A stretch of 64,000 bases of DNA from Candidatus Hadarchaeales archaeon (GTDB lineage Archaea; Hadarchaeota; Hadarchaeia; Hadarchaeales; WYZ-LMO6). The notes under the pieces were generated by a model. It saw only the letters and a list, made by a program, of their open reading frames with translations, had not been told where the DNA came from and did no database searches. The position numbers were made by a program, and so were the translations under genes. The stretch spans positions 1-64,000 of the forward strand of contig JAWCKR010000001.1 in the NCBI GenBank assembly GCA_038851755.1. The letters run 5' to 3'. Positions 29,440-37,983 of this stretch are shown in pieces (the first letter of the stretch is position 1; each line of letters starts with the position of its first letter).

Positions 29440-30132
29440 TCAGACGTACTTGCTCTCTTCGGGGTATTTGGAGTAAACGTAGTCCAGCAGCTCCTTGAGC
29501 TTCATCTCGTTGAACCTCCTCAGTTCACCCATCTTCTTCCTGACCTCCTCGGGGAGGCTGTCAAAGAGCTCCTTGGCCATCTTCTCCCCCTCCGGGGTCA
29601 GGAAGCAGAGGACCGGTTCCAGCAGCTCCCTCTCCACCCCCACCAGTCCCGCCCTCTCCAGCTCCAGCACGGTGTCGGGTATCTCCTCCGAGTAGGGGCC
29701 CCTGAGGTAGGGCAGGAAGCGGTAGGGCAGGGAGTCCACGCCCATCTCCCTCTTGAGGAGGAAGAGGAGCTTTTGGAGCCTCACGCTCCCCTCCACCGCC
29801 CCACCCACGGTGTGGAGGATGGCCAGAATCCACCTTCCCTTCTCCCCCAGCTCGTGTTTCTCCCTCTTCACCTGCCTGGAAACCGCGGAGGCCTCCAGCT
29901 TGAGGATGGCCGCCATCCTCCTACCCTCCGGGGTGAGCTCGAGCACCCTCCTGAAGGGCCACTCCTTGGACTCCCTCTCCTGGATCAGGCCCTCCTTTAT
30001 GAGTTCCTTGAGGCGCATCTCCACCGTTAGGGAGCTCCCCTTCACCTCCGCCTGAAGCTCCCTGACGTGCTTCGGCCCCTTGAGCAAGCTGAGGAGAATC
30101 TCCGGTGCCTTGCTTCTCCTCAATCTGTACAT
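29440..30132 (-). CDS. Winged-HTH regulator fused to a YwgA/SocA(Panacea)-like domain
   Basis: N-terminal HxlR/ArsR-like wHTH (RLKELIKEGLI...ELTPEG); C-terminal GSVRLQKLLFL...YRF.PY..GPYS...LLDYVYSKYP. Confidence 0.7.
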   Translation of the reverse strand: MYRLRRSKAPEILLSLLKGPKHVRELQAEVKGSSLTVEMRLKELIKEGLIQERESKEWPFRRVLELTPEGRRMAAILKLEASAVSRQVKREKHELGEKGRWILAILHTVGGAVEGSVRLQKLLFLLKREMGVDSLPYRFLPYLRGPYSEEIPDTVLELERAGLVGVERELLEPVLCFLTPEGEKMAKELFDSLPEEVRKKMGELRRFNEMKLKELLDYVYSKYPEESKYV

Positions 30133-30141
30133 CCAAGGAGT

Positions 30142-30285
30142 GTTACAGAAGATGTAACGTTTATACCTTACTCCACCTATCCCCGATTCTTAAAAGATGG
30201 CCTTCCAGTCCTCTCCATCCTGCCATATTCTATGCCATGCCAATAACGTTTTTAAGAAACGTTACGTGTTTTAAAAACGATAACG
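30142..30285. promoter_or_regulatory. Operator-like inverted repeats in the divergent regulator/nrdG intergenic region
   Basis: GTTACA-N5-TGTAAC (30142-30158); TAACGTTT-N5-AAACGTTA (30244-30264); overlapping CGTTA...GTTTTAAAAAC...TAACG. Confidence 0.55.
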
Positions 30286-30299
30286 CGGAGGGAGGTTGG

Positions 30300-31049
30300 T
30301 TGGGGGTTTTGCTCGAAAAGGAAGTGGTGGCCTTCCCTCCCCCCCTAGAACCCGCTTGGGGGGGGTTCCAGAAGCTCTCCCTTCTGGATTACCCCGGAAA
30401 GGTGGCCTCGGTGCTCTTCGTGAAGGGGTGCAACTTCAGGTGCCCCTTCTGCTACAACCCCGGACTGGTCAGGGGATTGCCAGGACACGAGGTCTCCTGG
30501 CAGGAAATCCTGGGATACCTGAGGGAGAGGAAGGAGTGGCTGGACGGGGTGGTCCTCACGGGCGGCGAGCCCACCCTCTACCCCGGGCTTCCGAGGTACC
30601 TGAGGGAGCTGAAGGAGGAGGGCCTGAGCGTGAAGCTCGATACCAACGGCTCCAACCCTGAGCTGCTCGGGGAGCTCCTGAAGGAGGGCCTGGTGGACTA
30701 CGTGGCCATGGACGTGAAGGCCCCCCTGAGGAAGGAAGCCTACAGCAGGGCCGCTGGGACGGAGGCTCCCCTGGAGGCCATAAGGAAGAGCCTCTCGCTC
30801 CTTCTCTCCTCCGGGGTGGAGTACGAGTTCAGGACCACGGTGGTACCCACCCTGCTCGAGGAGAGGGACCTCCTGGAGATAGCGGAGGGGATAAAGGGGG
30901 CCAAAAGGTACTACCTCCAGCAGTTCAGGCGCACCTCCTCCCACATGGACGAGCGCTTCTCCCAGATCCCCCCCTACCCCAGAGGGTTCCTGGAGGAGGT
31001 CGCGAGGAAGATTTCGGGACACTTCGGCAAGTGCACGGTGAGGGGATGA
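30300..31049 (+). CDS. nrdG: Anaerobic ribonucleoside-triphosphate reductase activating enzyme
   Basis: SLLDYPG, GCNFRCPFCYN, TGGEPT, KLDTNGS, EFRTT; start approximate (TTG after GGAGG). Confidence 0.92.
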   Translation: MGVLLEKEVVAFPPPLEPAWGGFQKLSLLDYPGKVASVLFVKGCNFRCPFCYNPGLVRGLPGHEVSWQEILGYLRERKEWLDGVVLTGGEPTLYPGLPRYLRELKEEGLSVKLDTNGSNPELLGELLKEGLVDYVAMDVKAPLRKEAYSRAAGTEAPLEAIRKSLSLLLSSGVEYEFRTTVVPTLLEERDLLEIAEGIKGAKRYYLQQFRRTSSHMDERFSQIPPYPRGFLEEVARKISGHFGKCTVRG

Positions 31050-34000
31050 GTTCGGTGATCAGGAAGGTCAGGAAGAGAGACGGAGGGGTGCAGGACTTCA
31101 CCCCCGACAGGATAGGGGAGGCCATAAGGAAGGCGGCGGAGGCCCAGGGGCTCCTGGACTTCGAGAAGGAGGCGAGGAGGCTGCAGGAAATCGTCGTGCG
31201 CAGGCTGGAGGAGAAGGGGTACGGGGAGGAAAAGTTGCCGGACGTGGAGGAAATCCAGGACGAGGTGGAGGCGGTGCTGAGGGGTGAGGGCTACGGGACG
31301 CTGGCGGAGAGGTACCACGAGTACAGGAAGAGGCACGACGAACTCAGGAGGAGCAGGAGCACCATCTTCGACGTGGGAAGCATGGTGGAGGAGTTCATAG
31401 GGTACAAGGACTGGAGGGTGAGGGAGAACGCCAACCTCAGGCCCTCGATCTCCTCCATGATGTTCAACTCCGCCGGGGCGGTGAACGCCAGGTACCTGCT
31501 GGACAAGGTGTACCCCCCGGAGGTCAGCGACGCTCACACCGACGGAGACCTGCACCTGCACGACCTGTATCAAGGTGTTGCCGGATACTGCTTCTCTGCG
31601 GACACGAGGGTGCTGACGAGGGAGGGATTCAAGCACTTCTGGGAGGTCACGCTCGAGGACGAAATAGCGACGCTCAACCTCCGCACCGGCGAGCTGGAGT
31701 ACCAGAAACCCCTGGCGAAGCAGGAATTCTATTTCGACGGTTACCTCTACCACTGGCAGAATAAAGCCGTGGACCTGCTGGTGACCCCCGAGCACCGGAT
31801 GCTCGTCAGGATGATGTTCGTCAAAAAGCGCGCAGAGCCCGACAGGAGGAGGCTCAGGAAGTACAGGAGGGTTCTCATGCTGAGGGACGGGGGTCTGAGC
31901 CTTAGCAAGATATCCGGCAAGGTCGGGATTCCGCTCGGAACCATCCAGGAATGGGTCTACCACGGAAGGAAGCCGGTTTACCGGGGGCACAAGCTCAAGG
32001 TAGAGCCACAGGTCCTCGTCAACGGTTGGAGGATCCTGACTGCCGAACAGCTCAGCGACCACTACGCCCTATACGAGTTCAGGAGAGGGGGGGTGAAGTG
32101 GAGGGGCGAGCAGAGGGACTCTTTCGACTTTCTGTCGGTAAGGGTCTGGTGCAAGGAATGCGGGAGGAGGGTATCCCCGGATGCCCGGAGCTGCCCGAGG
32201 TGTGGCTCTTCCTCCTTCACCAGAAAAGAGGAAGTGAAACGCATTCCGGCGAAGGTCTTCGCCAGGTTCATGGGGTGGTACCTTGCGGAAGGTAATGTTT
32301 GTACATCGAAAGGGGGATACAGGATAGCCATTTCGCAGCTCAACAGGAGGAACCAGAAGAGAATAGCATCCATAATGCGCGAGATTGGACTGAACCCTTC
32401 CATTACCCAGTTCCATGTGTCCTCTCATGCTGGTTGGCTCTACGGGTACCTGAAGAGGCTGGGCAAGTCGAAGGAGAAGTTCATCCCGCAGGAGATCAAG
32501 GAACTCCCTCCGAACCTGCTGAGGCTCTTCCTCTCCGAACTCTTCGCCGGGGACGGCGCGAAGAGAAAAGGTAAGCTGGTACGATATTACACGGCATCCC
32601 GGAAACTGGCGGAGGATGTGGTGGAGTGCCTGATAAAGGTGGGGAAATGCGGGACGATAGGGAGAAGGAGAGACCTCTATGAGGTGACGGTGGTCCACAA
32701 ACAACTCACCCCGGAGTTCAGGGGTAGGCCCAAGCTGGTCCGCTACCGGGGGAAGGTCTATGACCTGACCGTTCCCAACGGGACCCTCTTGGTGGAGAGA
32801 GGAGGGAAGGTGGTGTGGTCGGGAAACTGCGCGGGCCATTCGATGGAGGACATCCTGACGAAGGGGCTGGTGAGCGTGGGGAACAACCCCTACTCCAAAC
32901 CCCCGAAGCACCTGGACGTGGCCCTGATGCAGGTGGTGAACTACATAGGGGTGATGACCCAGGAGTGGGCGGGGGCGCAGGCCTTCTCCTGGATAGACGC
33001 CTACCTCGCCCCTTTCATCAGGGAGGACGGGCTGGACGACAGGCAGCTCAAGCAGCTCCTCCAGATGTTCGTGTACAACCTCAACGTGACCTCCAGGTGG
33101 GGCGGCCAGAGCCCGTTCAGCAACGTCACGCTGGCATGCGGAGTCCCGGAGCCCCTCAAGGGGAAGCCGGTGGTGGTGGGCGGGAGGACCCTTGACAGGA
33201 CCTACGAGGAGTACGGGGAGGAAATAGAGAGGTTCGACAGGGCCTTCCTGGAGGTGCTGCTGGAGGGTGATGCCACGGGCAGGCCCTTCACCTTCCCCAT
33301 CCCGACCTTCGCCATCACGAAGGACTTCCCCTGGGAGGATGGGCTCAGCTCCCTCCTCTTCAGGGTGGCGGCGAAGTACGGCCTCCCCTACTTCCAGAAC
33401 TTCGTGAGGAGCGACCTGAGCCCCTGGCAGGTGTACTCGATGTGTCTACATCCTGAGGAAGAGGTCATTTTCAGAGGCTCTGGAATCTCCAGGACCAAGA
33501 TAGAGGAGCTAGTCAGCAAATACGCAGGGGAATTCGACAAAGAGGGGTGGGCCTCTCCCAAAAAAGAGGTTCTGGTTTGCACTTTCAACCCAGAAACCCT
33601 GCAACTGGAATGGCGAAAGATTAAGCGGTTCTTCAGGGCTAAATCCAACGAGCTGGTTGAAATCGTTACCGAAGACGGGAGGTTCATCAGGGTCACTCCT
33701 GAACATCCCGTCCCTGTCCTGACCCCCGGCGGTCTGAGGCTTAAGCTCGCTGGAGAGGTAAAGCCAGGAGATTTCATGCTTTCCTTGAGGAGTGCTGAAA
33801 CGCTGCTAAAGGGAGAGTACGAGAAGATAGGGGTGGTTGACTGGCACCGGGGAAGGAGATGTAGACTCTCGGACGCAAGATTGAAAAAGCTCCACGAGCT
33901 AGGACTCTCCGATAATCAGATTGCCGAAGTAACCGGACTTTGCCATAGGTGGGTGGCTCACAGGAGAAGGAGGCTGGGTCTTCATCCCAACCCACCGAAG

Positions 34001-35650
34001 GACGGCGGGGTTGAGATGGCGAAGAATTTATACACGGAGGAGTTACCGCTCGACGAAGAGCTCTCTTTCCTTCTGGGCTTTTTCACGGGGGACGGGAACT
34101 ACCTCTACTCCAGCAGGGGGAAGAAGAGGCTGGTAGGAATGCAATTCACCTTCAAGCGGGATGAGGAAACCGTGAAGGCAAAAATCAGGGGACTCGCCGA
34201 AAAGATTTTCGGAGTGAAATGTTCCGAGTCGGAAGACCCACGCTACAACGTCTCCTACCTCTACCTCTACGATTCGGGACTGGCCGATGCCCTCTACCAG
34301 GCCGGGTTCAGAAAACGCGGAAGGTTGCCCGACATCCTCTTCAACTCACCCATTTCCGTCATCAAGGCATTCATAGAGGGCTTCTTCCTCGCGGACGGAT
34401 GTGCGAAGAGAAAGGAAATCCACATGAACGACGAGGAACTGAGCAGGGATCTGATAATCCTCTGCTCCCTCGCCGGCATTCCATGCTGCTATCGCAAGCG
34501 TGAAAGAAGCCAGGTCATATACTTCCAGCACAAGAGAAACCTAGAGCGCAAAATACTCTACGAAAGAACTCCCCGCTGGTTCGATGCCGAAAAGGCGAAG
34601 GAACTCGTTTCGGTGAGGGTTAAACGTGTCCGTAGAGCTGAGCTTGAGACCCCCATCTTCTTCTACGATTTCGAGCTGGATGGAAATCATCTCTTCGTCC
34701 ACTCCTTGGGCACGCTTACACACAACTGCTGTCGATTGAGCCTGGACCTGAGGGAGCTCCAGAGGAACGTGACGGGCGGCCTGTTCGGATCCAGCCCGAA
34801 GACGGGTTCCGTGGGCGTGGTGACCATCAACCTCTCGAGGGCGGGGTACCTGGCGAAGGGGAGCGAGGATGAGCTCTTCAGGAGGCTGAAGTACATGTGC
34901 ATCCTGGCGGAGAGGGCCCTGGAGCACAAGAGGAAGATCGTGGAGAGGAACATCCAGGCCGGCCTGCTCCCGTACACGAAGGAGTACTTCGGGAACCTGG
35001 ACAGGCACTTCTCCACCATAGGAGTGGTGGGAGGGCACGAGATGTGCCTGAACATGGGGATAGAGGGGGGAATAGCGAGCACGGAGGGGGCGGAGCTATG
35101 CAGGAGGGTGCTGGAGTTCCTCAGGGAGGAGTGCAGGAAGATACAGGAGAGGACGGGGCACCTGTACAACCTGGAGGCCACGCCGGCGGAGGGCGTGAGC
35201 TACAGGCTGGCGAGGCTGGACAGGAGGAAGTTCGGGAAGGCCATCTCCACCTCTGGGGAGAGGGAGCCTTTCTACACCAATTCAACCCAGCTGCCGGTGG
35301 ACTCGGACCTGGACCTGGTGGATGCCCTGAGACACCAGGAGCCCCTCCAGACCATGTACACGGGAGGAACGGTCTTCCACATCTACCTGGGGGAGAGCCT
35401 GGAGGAGGGGGAGAGCTGCAGGAACCTCATGAGGAAGATCGCCCTGATGACCAGACTCCCCTACTTCACCCTCACCCCCACCTACTCCATATGCGGGGAC
35501 CACGGGTTCCTGCGGGGGGAGCACCCCTCCTGCCCCCTCTGTGGGAAAGAGACTGACGTGTACTCTAGGGTGGTGGGATATTACCGACCGGTCAAGAACT
35601 GGAACGCCGGAAAGCAGGAGGAGTTCAGGCTGAGGAGGAAGTACAGCTGA
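31046..35650 (+). CDS. nrdD: Class III anaerobic ribonucleoside-triphosphate reductase with ATP cone and two inteins (about 693 aa after splicing)
   Basis: ATP cone VRKRDG; HLHDL, AGAQA, PFTFPIPT, SM/CCR, EATPAE, YTGGT, glycyl radical RVVGYY. Confidence 0.95.
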   Translation: MSSVIRKVRKRDGGVQDFTPDRIGEAIRKAAEAQGLLDFEKEARRLQEIVVRRLEEKGYGEEKLPDVEEIQDEVEAVLRGEGYGTLAERYHEYRKRHDELRRSRSTIFDVGSMVEEFIGYKDWRVRENANLRPSISSMMFNSAGAVNARYLLDKVYPPEVSDAHTDGDLHLHDLYQGVAGYCFSADTRVLTREGFKHFWEVTLEDEIATLNLRTGELEYQKPLAKQEFYFDGYLYHWQNKAVDLLVTPEHRMLVRMMFVKKRAEPDRRRLRKYRRVLMLRDGGLSLSKISGKVGIPLGTIQEWVYHGRKPVYRGHKLKVEPQVLVNGWRILTAEQLSDHYALYEFRRGGVKWRGEQRDSFDFLSVRVWCKECGRRVSPDARSCPRCGSSSFTRKEEVKRIPAKVFARFMGWYLAEGNVCTSKGGYRIAISQLNRRNQKRIASIMREIGLNPSITQFHVSSHAGWLYGYLKRLGKSKEKFIPQEIKELPPNLLRLFLSELFAGDGAKRKGKLVRYYTASRKLAEDVVECLIKVGKCGTIGRRRDLYEVTVVHKQLTPEFRGRPKLVRYRGKVYDLTVPNGTLLVERGGKVVWSGNCAGHSMEDILTKGLVSVGNNPYSKPPKHLDVALMQVVNYIGVMTQEWAGAQAFSWIDAYLAPFIREDGLDDRQLKQLLQMFVYNLNVTSRWGGQSPFSNVTLACGVPEPLKGKPVVVGGRTLDRTYEEYGEEIERFDRAFLEVLLEGDATGRPFTFPIPTFAITKDFPWEDGLSSLLFRVAAKYGLPYFQNFVRSDLSPWQVYSMCLHPEEEVIFRGSGISRTKIEELVSKYAGEFDKEGWASPKKEVLVCTFNPETLQLEWRKIKRFFRAKSNELVEIVTEDGRFIRVTPEHPVPVLTPGGLRLKLAGEVKPGDFMLSLRSAETLLKGEYEKIGVVDWHRGRRCRLSDARLKKLHELGLSDNQIAEVTGLCHRWVAHRRRRLGLHPNPPKDGGVEMAKNLYTEELPLDEELSFLLGFFTGDGNYLYSSRGKKRLVGMQFTFKRDEETVKAKIRGLAEKIFGVKCSESEDPRYNVSYLYLYDSGLADALYQAGFRKRGRLPDILFNSPISVIKAFIEGFFLADGCAKRKEIHMNDEELSRDLIILCSLAGIPCCYRKRERSQVIYFQHKRNLERKILYERTPRWFDAEKAKELVSVRVKRVRRAELETPIFFYDFELDGNHLFVHSLGTLTHNCCRLSLDLRELQRNVTGGLFGSSPKTGSVGVVTINLSRAGYLAKGSEDELFRRLKYMCILAERALEHKRKIVERNIQAGLLPYTKEYFGNLDRHFSTIGVVGGHEMCLNMGIEGGIASTEGAELCRRVLEFLREECRKIQERTGHLYNLEATPAEGVSYRLARLDRRKFGKAISTSGEREPFYTNSTQLPVDSDLDLVDALRHQEPLQTMYTGGTVFHIYLGESLEEGESCRNLMRKIALMTRLPYFTLTPTYSICGDHGFLRGEHPSCPLCGKETDVYSRVVGYYRPVKNWNAGKQEEFRLRRKYS
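31589..32827 (+). mobile_element. Intein 1 in nrdD (413 aa) with LAGLIDADG endonuclease
   Basis: GY|CFSADTRV, block B VTPEH, FMGWYLAEG and LFAGDG, VYDLTV, WSGN|C. Confidence 0.92.
33443..34726 (+). mobile_element. Intein 2 in nrdD (428 aa) with LAGLIDADG endonuclease
   Basis: SM|CLHPEEEV, VTPEHP, LGFFTGDG and GFFLADG, FYDFEL, THN|CCR; visibly more A/T than the flanks. Confidence 0.93.
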
Positions 35651-35663
35651 TCACGATCCCCCC

Positions 35664-35748
35664 ACTGACCTCCAAGGGGGTACAAGGCGGGGGCAGCATC
35701 CCCCTGCGAGGGGGTAAGGCTGCCCCCTGCCTCCCCTCTCCTGTCAGT
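35664..35748. other. Extended multi-stem hairpin between convergent genes
   Basis: Nested stems ACTGAC/GTCAGT, AGGGG/CCCCT, GGGGGCAGC/GCTGCCCCC, CCCCCT/AGGGGG. Confidence 0.5.
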
Positions 35749-35754
35749 CCGGCC

Positions 35755-36504
35755 TCAGGGGGATAGATAGCCCAGTCTTCTCAGGAGTTCCCTCACTCCC
35801 ATCAGAGCTGGAGCATCCCCCCGCAGGTGAAAGATGGTGCGTCCCTCCCTATCCAGCTCCTCCACCTCTCCGTCCTCAGGCACCAGCCCCAGGACTTCCA
35901 TGCCCCCGGGCACCTCCACCTCCTCCCCCTCCCTCACCCTGTTCAGGACCAACCCCGCCCTCCTGTACCTCACCGCCCCCCTGTCCGCCACCCCCTTTAT
36001 GGTGAGAGCCACGCCCAGCGACCTGGGGGAGGGGTCGGAGACCAGGAGGAGGTCATCCACCTCCTTCATCACCCTCCGGTTGATCTGCTCCACCCCGGCC
36101 TCCCCGTCTATCACCACCATCTCGAAGCTCCTGGAAACCGAGGTGAGGATCTCCCTCAGGAGCTCGTTCACCCTGCAGTAGCATCCCTCCTCCTCGGGCC
36201 TCCCCATCGCCAGCAGGGAGAACCCCTTCCTCTCCTCCATCGCCCTCAGCACCCCATAGTCCAGGGAGAGGGCGAGCTCCTCCCGGCTCACCTTTCCCAG
36301 GGAGGAGATCCACTCCCTTCTGAGGTCCTCCACCGTCCTCCTCACCTCCACCCCAAGGGCCTGGGAGAGACCGGAGGAGGGATCCGCATCCACCGCCAGC
36401 ACCCTCCTCCTGCCGCCCTCCGCCAGCAGACGCACGGAGGCGGAAGCCAGAAAGGTTTTTCCCACGCCCCCCTTCCCGCAGAAGACCATCACCCCTCCCC
36501 TCAC
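35755..36504 (-). CDS. CooC/AcsF-type nickel-insertion ATPase
   Basis: GKGGVGKT, LAVDADP, EGCYC, IDGEAGVEQINR; GTG start overlaps the upstream stop. Confidence 0.85.
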   Translation of the reverse strand: MRGGVMVFCGKGGVGKTFLASASVRLLAEGGRRRVLAVDADPSSGLSQALGVEVRRTVEDLRREWISSLGKVSREELALSLDYGVLRAMEERKGFSLLAMGRPEEEGCYCRVNELLREILTSVSRSFEMVVIDGEAGVEQINRRVMKEVDDLLLVSDPSPRSLGVALTIKGVADRGAVRYRRAGLVLNRVREGEEVEVPGGMEVLGLVPEDGEVEELDREGRTIFHLRGDAPALMGVRELLRRLGYLSP

Positions 36505-37214
36505 TTTCTCCCCTCCCTCAGCATCCTCTCCCTTATCGCCCTGAGCTCCGCCACGCTCCCGCACACATCCCTGTAATCGCACCTGTCGCAGTCCAAGGAG
36601 ACTTCCTCCACCATCTTGCCTATGGCCCCCGCTATCTTCCTGGCCTTCTCTCCCATCCCCCAGAGGGCCCTCACACCCTCCTCGCAGGTGGAGAAGACCA
36701 CCTCCACGGAAGACACGGGGAACCCGGAGCGCAGGGCCCTGAGGAGGGCACCGCCCACCACGGAGAGGGAGAGGCCCCTCTCCACCCCCTCCCTGCTCAC
36801 CCTGCTCCAGAGCCTCATCTGGGAGGGCAGGCCCCTGACCATGTATCCCCTCAGCCTGATCCTGAGCGGGACCAGGTTCAGCCTCCGGTACTCCTCATCC
36901 CTGATCTCCCTCGACTCCACCACACAGAGCTGGGCAAAGGGAACCTCACCTTTCAGCTGCGGAAGGTCCTCCCCCCACAGGCTTATCCTCCCCTCCTCCA
37001 CCAAACCGCTGGTCTCGGTGAGGAGGACCGAGGAAAAGGAGGGGAGTTCGGGGGGACCGAGCTCCACCCAGGTCTCCTCCTTCAGGACCACCTCGGAGCC
37101 CTCCCCCAGGAAGCCGTCTGGGTCGAGGGGCGTGAGCTTCTTCACCCTCCCTTCCCTCTCCCCCTTCTGCAAGAGCCCACGCAGGGACCTCAGGTCCTCA
37201 TCGAAGAGCTTCAT
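36501..37214 (-). CDS. Stand-alone acetyl-CoA synthase beta (CdhC) N-terminal-like domain protein with C-terminal CX2CX5C
   Basis: VELGPP, EGRISLWGEDL, GYMVR...LWSRVSREGVERGLSL..VG; ends CDRCDYRDVC; no A-cluster domain. Confidence 0.65.
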   Translation of the reverse strand: MKLFDEDLRSLRGLLQKGEREGRVKKLTPLDPDGFLGEGSEVVLKEETWVELGPPELPSFSSVLLTETSGLVEEGRISLWGEDLPQLKGEVPFAQLCVVESREIRDEEYRRLNLVPLRIRLRGYMVRGLPSQMRLWSRVSREGVERGLSLSVVGGALLRALRSGFPVSSVEVVFSTCEEGVRALWGMGEKARKIAGAIGKMVEEVSLDCDRCDYRDVCGSVAELRAIRERMLREGRK

Positions 37215-37983
37215 CCGCCTTCTCCCGCGCGAGCAGGCAGGCCCCGTATGCCCCCGCCAGGATGGGGTCGAGAGGCAACCGCTTCACCCCCCTCCCCAGC
37301 TGCTCCTCCAGGGCCCTCACGAAGCTCTCCAGCCTGCCCACCCCTCCCGCCACCGCCACCTCTCCTCTCATCCCCACCTTCCTGACGATGGAGGAGACCC
37401 TCCCCGCGATGGCCCTGGTGACGGCGGCCACGACATCCTGGACTTCCTCCCCCTCGTTCAGGAGGGCCACCACCTCGCTCTCCGCGAAAACCGTGCACTG
37501 GGAGGTGATGGAGAGTTTCTTGGTGGAGCGTGACACCATAGCATCCCACTCCCCCATCCCTATCCCCAGGGCTTCCCCGAGCAGCTCCAGGAACCTTCCC
37601 GCCCCGGCCGCGCACCTGTCGTTCGTCCCGTAGTCCACCACCCTTCCCCCCTCCATCACCGCCACCCTGGTGGTGTTGGCCCCCACCTCCACCACCGTTC
37701 CGGCCTCCGGGACCAGGGAGCTGCATGCCCTGGCAAGGCAGAGGAGGACGGGCCTTTCCTCCCTGACGAACTCCAGACCCCTCACCCTCTCCCCCGTCCC
37801 CACGCAGTAGGCCACCTCCTCCCTCCTCCTGCCCGCACCCTCCAGAGCGAGGGCGAAAGCGCGCTCCGCCGTCTCCTTGGCCCTGGGCCCGGTCTCCAAG
37901 ATGGCGCGACCCAGAACGGAACCATCCTCCATGAGGAGGGCCTTCACCCTCCCGCTCCCCACGTCCAGCCCTCCCACAAGCAT
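37198..37983 (-). CDS. ATP-dependent activase (BcrAD/BadFG/HgdC family), diverged copy
   Basis: GLDVGS, GTGERVR, NDRCAAGAG, SQCTVFAESEV, GAYGA. Confidence 0.88.
   Translation of the reverse strand: MLVGGLDVGSGRVKALLMEDGSVLGRAILETGPRAKETAERAFALALEGAGRRREEVAYCVGTGERVRGLEFVREERPVLLCLARACSSLVPEAGTVVEVGANTTRVAVMEGGRVVDYGTNDRCAAGAGRFLELLGEALGIGMGEWDAMVSRSTKKLSITSQCTVFAESEVVALLNEGEEVQDVVAAVTRAIAGRVSSIVRKVGMRGEVAVAGGVGRLESFVRALEEQLGRGVKRLPLDPILAGAYGACLLAREKADEALR

Noticed and set aside
35755-37214. Wood-Ljungdahl CODH/ACS operon
   Set aside because: No cdhA/B/D/E or cooS in the window, and the CdhC-like protein lacks the A-cluster domain.
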